Shown here: positions 59,672-64,000 of the stretch, one piece after another | Layout of the letters: the number at the start of each line of letters is the position of its first letter | Numbering within the stretch: the stretch's first letter is position 1 | NCBI GenBank assembly: GCA_965218435.1 | Contig: CBDCKW010000009.1 | Span: 2,592,001 to 2,656,000, forward strand | Direction: 5' to 3' | Length of the DNA stretch: 64,000 nt | Origin: Truepera sp. | Lineage (GTDB): Bacteria > Deinococcota > Deinococci > Deinococcales > Trueperaceae | Notes under the pieces: model-generated | The model's database searches: none | What the model saw: only the letters and a program-made list of their open reading frames with translations | Told to the model about the DNA's origin: nothing | Translations under genes and position numbers: made by a program

Positions 59672-61005
59672 ATGAACCACCTCATGCTTATCAAACACGT
59701 TCAGCACAAGACTTACGATTATCAGCAGGAAGCGGCACAACAACGCCTTGCACGTGCCGCCATTCAAGCTAGTCCGACGCACGGGCTCGAGCGCACCTAT
59801 TACCTCACGCAAGGCTTGCTCTGGCTGGCGACGGCGCTTCCGGCACCCCTGTTGGTCTTGCTAGCACAAAACCGTGGCGTGACCCTCGGACAGATTGGGC
59901 TGCTTTTTGGGGTCTACGCGCTGACCGCTGCCGTGTTCGAGGTGCCTTCAGGAATGCTCGCGGACAGTTGGGGCCGTAAACCCACCACGCTGCTGGCCTA
60001 CGTGCTGATGATTGCGGCGCAAACGCTCTTACTCTGGGCGTTCTCACTACCATTGCTGCTCGTCTGGGCGCTCTTTTACGGCGTCGGGCGGGCGCTCGTT
60101 TCGGGGGCGCTCGAGGCGTGGTTTGTAGACGCGGTAGAACAGGCCGCGCCGGGAACCGAACTGCAACCGCTGTTTGCCAAAGCTGGAACCGTCGAACTTC
60201 TTGCCCTCACCCTTGGAACGCTTTTGGGGGGCGCACTGCCCAAACTCTTTGTAGGGTTGCCCGAAGGAGCGGTGCTGTCCTGTCACCCTTGTCAGCGGTG
60301 CTGCTCGTGTCGGTTTTTGTCAAGGTGATTTTGGTCGGCGTGGTGACTTGGCGCGTTAGGGAGACCCCACGAGTAAAACCACCTCACACAGGGCTTCGCC
60401 AGCTGTTCGCCAACGCTTTTAATGTGAGCCGCCGGAGTCCGGCGCTCAGGCTGCTTTTTGGCGGGGCTTTGGCCACCGGGTTTGCCACGGCTGGGCTCGA
60501 GACCTTTTGGCAACCACGTTTTGCCGCGCTGCTGGGGCCGGATACCCTTATCCTCAGCGTTATCTTAGCTGGCAGCTTCGGCACAGGGATGCTCGGTAAC
60601 TTAGCGTCTATTCCGCTCTGCCGCCTGTTTTCGGAACGTTACGCACAGGTTGCCGCGCTGATGCAAGGCTTGGGCGGACTGACGCTGATTTTGTTGGCCT
60701 TACAAACGCGGGCATTCCCGGCAGTCTTGCTCTTTTGGGCCGTTTATCTAACCCTCGGGGTGTCGGGGTCACCGCGGCAGACACTCCTCAACCGTGCGGT
60801 TCCAGGTGACTCGAGGGCGGCTCTCTTGTCGGTCAGCTCACTGATGACCTACGTCGGGTTTTTCTTGGGCAGCGTGCTGCTCGGTAGGCTCGCGGAGTGG
60901 CTGTCAGTCTCGGCAGCGTGGGGACTGGCGGGCGTGGTTTTTGCGCTGTCACTCGGGTTTTACGTGGGGCTCGAGCGGCTAAAGCTCACGACGTCCCCCG
61001 CTTAA
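59672..61005 (+). pseudogene. MFS transporter disrupted by a 5-bp duplication
   Basis: EVPSGMLADSWGRK MFS motif; CTGTC-CTGTC at 60275-60284; removing one copy joins the two ORFs (...GAVLSPLSAV...). Confidence 0.82.
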
Positions 61006-61020
61006 CTGCTACACTAATTT

Positions 61021-61332
61021 ATGACGGTTCCCGTTTTAGACAGGCATATCGAGGTTGACCCGACCATTTTAGGGGGAAAACCGCATATTAAAGGGCACCG
61101 CATCACCGTACAAAATATCGTTACCTGGCACGAGCGTATGGGTAAAAGCGCCGACGAAATAGCCAGCGAGTACAGTTTGACCTTGGCAGAAATCTACGCC
61201 GCGCTGAGCTACTATTTCGACCACCAAGACGAGGTGGCCCAGAGTATCTACGAAAGTAAAGCTTTTGCTGAAGAGATGCATAGGCAAAACCGCTCAGTTT
61301 TAGAGCACAAGCTGTCTAAACGTAGTGAGTAA
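61021..61332 (+). CDS. DUF433 family antitoxin
   Basis: DPTILGGKPHIKGHRITV...IYAALSYY. Confidence 0.88.
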   Translation: MTVPVLDRHIEVDPTILGGKPHIKGHRITVQNIVTWHERMGKSADEIASEYSLTLAEIYAALSYYFDHQDEVAQSIYESKAFAEEMHRQNRSVLEHKLSKRSE

Positions 61333-61654
61333 GATTCGTTACTACACCGATGAAAACGTTTCTCGAGCGGTTGTCAATGGTTTGAGGCAGAGAGGCGTCA
61401 ACGTCTTAAGCGTTCCCGAAACTGGCCTGCTTGGTGCCGGCGATGAGCAGCAGTTGGCATTTGCTCTCGAGCAAGGTCAGGTTATCTTTACACATGATGA
61501 TGACTTTTTGAGGTTGGCGACGGCTGGTAAACAGCACGCAGGTATCGTTTACAGCTCACAGCAGTTACCTCTCGGCGCTATCATTCGCGGCCTGATGCTC
61601 ATCTATGAAGTTTTGACGCCAGAAGATATGCAGAATCAGGTTGAGTTTTTGTAA
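61325..61654 (+). CDS. DUF5615 PIN-like toxin
   Basis: YTDENV, FTHDDDF, HAGIV. Confidence 0.85.
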   Translation: MSKIRYYTDENVSRAVVNGLRQRGVNVLSVPETGLLGAGDEQQLAFALEQGQVIFTHDDDFLRLATAGKQHAGIVYSSQQLPLGAIIRGLMLIYEVLTPEDMQNQVEFL

Positions 61655-61703
61655 TGGCGTTGTGCCTCGAGCTCACCCCCAACTACAGGTTAAGCTTGAG
61701 AAC

Positions 61704-62771
61704 ATGCTTTTACGGGCGTTGTCGCAGCTCAACTTCCGCAACCTCAACACGCCCCGGCTCACCTTCGGCCCCGGCGTCAGCGCCGTCGTCGGACGCAACG
61801 CGGCGGGTAAATCAAACCTACTCGAGGCCATTTACTTGGGCTGCACCGGCGAACTCCCTTACGGCAAAATCTCTGAAACCGTCCGCTTGGGTGAAAGCGA
61901 AGGATACGTGAGCGTCAGCGTCGAGCGAGACGACGGGATTGTGAGCACCCAGATCGGCTTGGCACCGGGCAAAAAAATCGTACGGTTAGACGGGCAAACG
62001 GTCCGCACCTTTGAACTCGCCAAGGTCTCAGCGGCGGTTCTGATTACACCCGAGGACGCCGACCTCATCCACGGCGCACCGGCCCTCCGGCGCGGGTATC
62101 TGGACAGCCTCCTGAGCAAGCTCTCAGTTCGTTACGCGCTGCTGCACCGCGAGTATACTCGGGTCGTGGAACAACGCAACGCCGCCCTTAAAAGCAATTA
62201 CCCCGACCCGACGCTGGACGTGTGGACGGAGCGGTTTATCGAGTTGGGGAACGCGGTGAACGCGCTCCGGGCTCGAGCCTTGGTTAAAGTGGCCGCGATT
62301 GCCGCCGAGACCTACGCCGAGATTTCAGGCGACGACAAACCGCTCGAGGTCTCGCTTACCGGCGCACACGAGAATCTAGCAGGTGCGCTTGCCGAGACCG
62401 ACCTCGAGGAACGCGCTCGGGGCGTCACCGTCGTGGGGCCGCACCGGGGCGATATGGTATTGACTTTGGGCGGCCACAGCGTCCAGGCGTACGGCTCGAG
62501 GGGTGAAGCCCGCACCGCCGCCCTAGCCCTGCGCGTCGCCGAATATCAGCTTTTAAGCGAAAAGCATAACGAAGCGCCTGTACTGCTGTTAGACGACTTT
62601 ACCGCCGAACTCGACGCCGGACGGCGGGAGTTTTTACTGCGGTTGGCCTCGAGAGCACCCCAAGCGGTGGTCAGCGGCACTGAAGCGCCCCCCTACGCCG
62701 CCGCGCAGTTTTTGATCTCCGGGGGTTTCGTGTCGGAAGGGCACCCGAAGGAGCCTCGTGCGGAACCGTAA
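61704..62771 (+). CDS. recF: DNA replication and repair protein RecF
   Basis: NFRN, GRNAAGKSNLLEAI, GPHRGD, GSRGE, LLLDD...ELD. Confidence 0.93.
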   Translation: MLLRALSQLNFRNLNTPRLTFGPGVSAVVGRNAAGKSNLLEAIYLGCTGELPYGKISETVRLGESEGYVSVSVERDDGIVSTQIGLAPGKKIVRLDGQTVRTFELAKVSAAVLITPEDADLIHGAPALRRGYLDSLLSKLSVRYALLHREYTRVVEQRNAALKSNYPDPTLDVWTERFIELGNAVNALRARALVKVAAIAAETYAEISGDDKPLEVSLTGAHENLAGALAETDLEERARGVTVVGPHRGDMVLTLGGHSVQAYGSRGEARTAALALRVAEYQLLSEKHNEAPVLLLDDFTAELDAGRREFLLRLASRAPQAVVSGTEAPPYAAAQFLISGGFVSEGHPKEPRAEP

Positions 62772-63606
62772 CGCCTCGCAGAATGTCTCCGACGTACTTG
62801 CCGAGGTCTTCAAAAAGGGCGGCCTCAAACGGGGCGTCAAACGCGCCGAGGCGGTGCTGTTATGGCCGCAGGTCGTCGGCAGCAAAGTCGCCCGCTTTAC
62901 CGAGGCCAAAACGCTGCAAGACGGCGTGCTCTACGTCGAGGTGCAGGATTCGGAAACGGCGATGCACTTGGGCTTTCAGCGGCAGAAATTCGTCAACGTC
63001 TACGCCGCCAAATTCGGCGTTAAAGACGTTAAAGATGTACGGTTTCGGCTCGGCCGGAGACCGCTGCTAGACGAGCCTGCACCGAGACCAAAGGCCGTGC
63101 CACCCGACCCCAAGGCGCTTGCAGAGTTGTCGAGGGCCGTCGCTGGGGCCGAGTTATCCGACGAACTGACGCAGCGTGCGATGCAGACCGCTAAAGCGAT
63201 GCTCTCATGGCGGGCCGCACGCGAGGCGGAGGGCTGGCGGGCGTGCGACGTTTGTGGCGGGCTGACCCCGGTGCGCGGGCTCTGCGTCACCTGCGCCCGT
63301 TACGCCGAGTTTCCGAAAGTCCGCACCGCGAGCCGCATACTTGCCGTCTCTCCCGGTCAAGCAACGCCGCTTTTAAGCGATGAGGAGCGGGCCGTTGCGG
63401 TGTTTCAAGCCAAGGCGTATTTGAGCGAAAAAGTTCAGGAATTACTGCCACAAGTTTTAGCCGACCCGGTATGCAAACCCCATCTCGAGTTTGCTGCCCG
63501 CTGCTATTTAGCGCACGAACTCAGCAAGCCCTTAGATGACGTCAGCGACGACGATTTCAGCGTCCTCGACCCCCGCATCGCCCGCGCGTTGGGCCGTTGG
63601 CATTAA
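62758..63606 (+). CDS. DUF721/DciA-like protein with C-terminal zinc ribbon
   Basis: WPQVVG..VA......GVLYV; CDVC...CVTC; follows recF. Confidence 0.75.
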   Translation: MRNRNASQNVSDVLAEVFKKGGLKRGVKRAEAVLLWPQVVGSKVARFTEAKTLQDGVLYVEVQDSETAMHLGFQRQKFVNVYAAKFGVKDVKDVRFRLGRRPLLDEPAPRPKAVPPDPKALAELSRAVAGAELSDELTQRAMQTAKAMLSWRAAREAEGWRACDVCGGLTPVRGLCVTCARYAEFPKVRTASRILAVSPGQATPLLSDEERAVAVFQAKAYLSEKVQELLPQVLADPVCKPHLEFAARCYLAHELSKPLDDVSDDDFSVLDPRIARALGRWH

Positions 63607-63648
63607 GCTTTAGCGGACTGGATTCTGAAGTACGGGTTATAAAACACT

Positions 63649-64000
63649 ATGCAGCTGATTTTGCCTTTTTCCGAAGCTTTGGAACTCGCCACCGCCGAGA
63701 AGCCCTTACCCGCGCCCATCGAACACGTGAGCTGCGCGGGTAGCACGGTTTTTGTCCAAATATCACCCGAGTCGGTGTTGCCCAAATTTTTACGGGCCGC
63801 CGCGCCGAAAGTGAGGCTCGAGCTTCACTTTTTAACCTTTTGGGCGGGCGTCGCTACCTTTAAGCTCGTCACCAACGTCTTGTCGCTCCCCGTCCACCGC
63901 CTGCTCAACTTTTTAACCGACGCGGTTCCGCTCCCGGAGGGCGTCCGTATCGAAAAGGGTGAGGGTACGCCGCGCCTCATCGTAGACGTGCAAAAACTCG
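63649..64000 (+). CDS. Hypothetical protein (partial)
   Basis: Open frame MQLILPFSEALEL... to the window end. Confidence 0.55.
   Translation, partial: MQLILPFSEALELATAEKPLPAPIEHVSCAGSTVFVQISPESVLPKFLRAAAPKVRLELHFLTFWAGVATFKLVTNVLSLPVHRLLNFLTDAVPLPEGVRIEKGEGTPRLIVDVQKL

Overview
GC-rich bacterial chromosome segment, most likely Deinococcota (Truepera-like). This is an inference from protein styles, frequent leaderless -10 promoters and a HAIR-like site at clpB. Left: a minus-strand surface-polysaccharide cluster (O-antigen-ligase-like protein, GT4 x2, rmd-like, gmd, wzy-like, GT2, ugd, Wzz-like). Middle: envelope and metabolic genes (amidase, guaD, kup, envC-like/ftsX, DUF1080 lipoprotein, acyl-ACP desaturase, alr). 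At about 35.8-43.3 kb is a decaying phage-satellite-like element beside the 3' end of tRNA-Thr(CGT). It carries an integrase, HTH regulator, primase, helicase, putative small terminase and a large terminase cleanly split into separate ATPase and nuclease genes, with no capsid, portal or tail genes. Its left end appears removed by an IS903-like IS5 element with no target duplication. The element contains palindromic iteron-like sites and a 14-bp motif shared between its putative origin and its att region. Right: tRNA-Asp/Phe/Thr, mqnP-like, pgi, clpB, ppk2, M3 peptidase, a CPA2-zf-UBP fusion, a sulfatase, bcp, rpiA, acpS, a frameshifted MFS gene, three toxin-antitoxin pairs, recF and DUF721. 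CTCGAG is strikingly over-represented across the window. All calls are by eye; no database searches were run.
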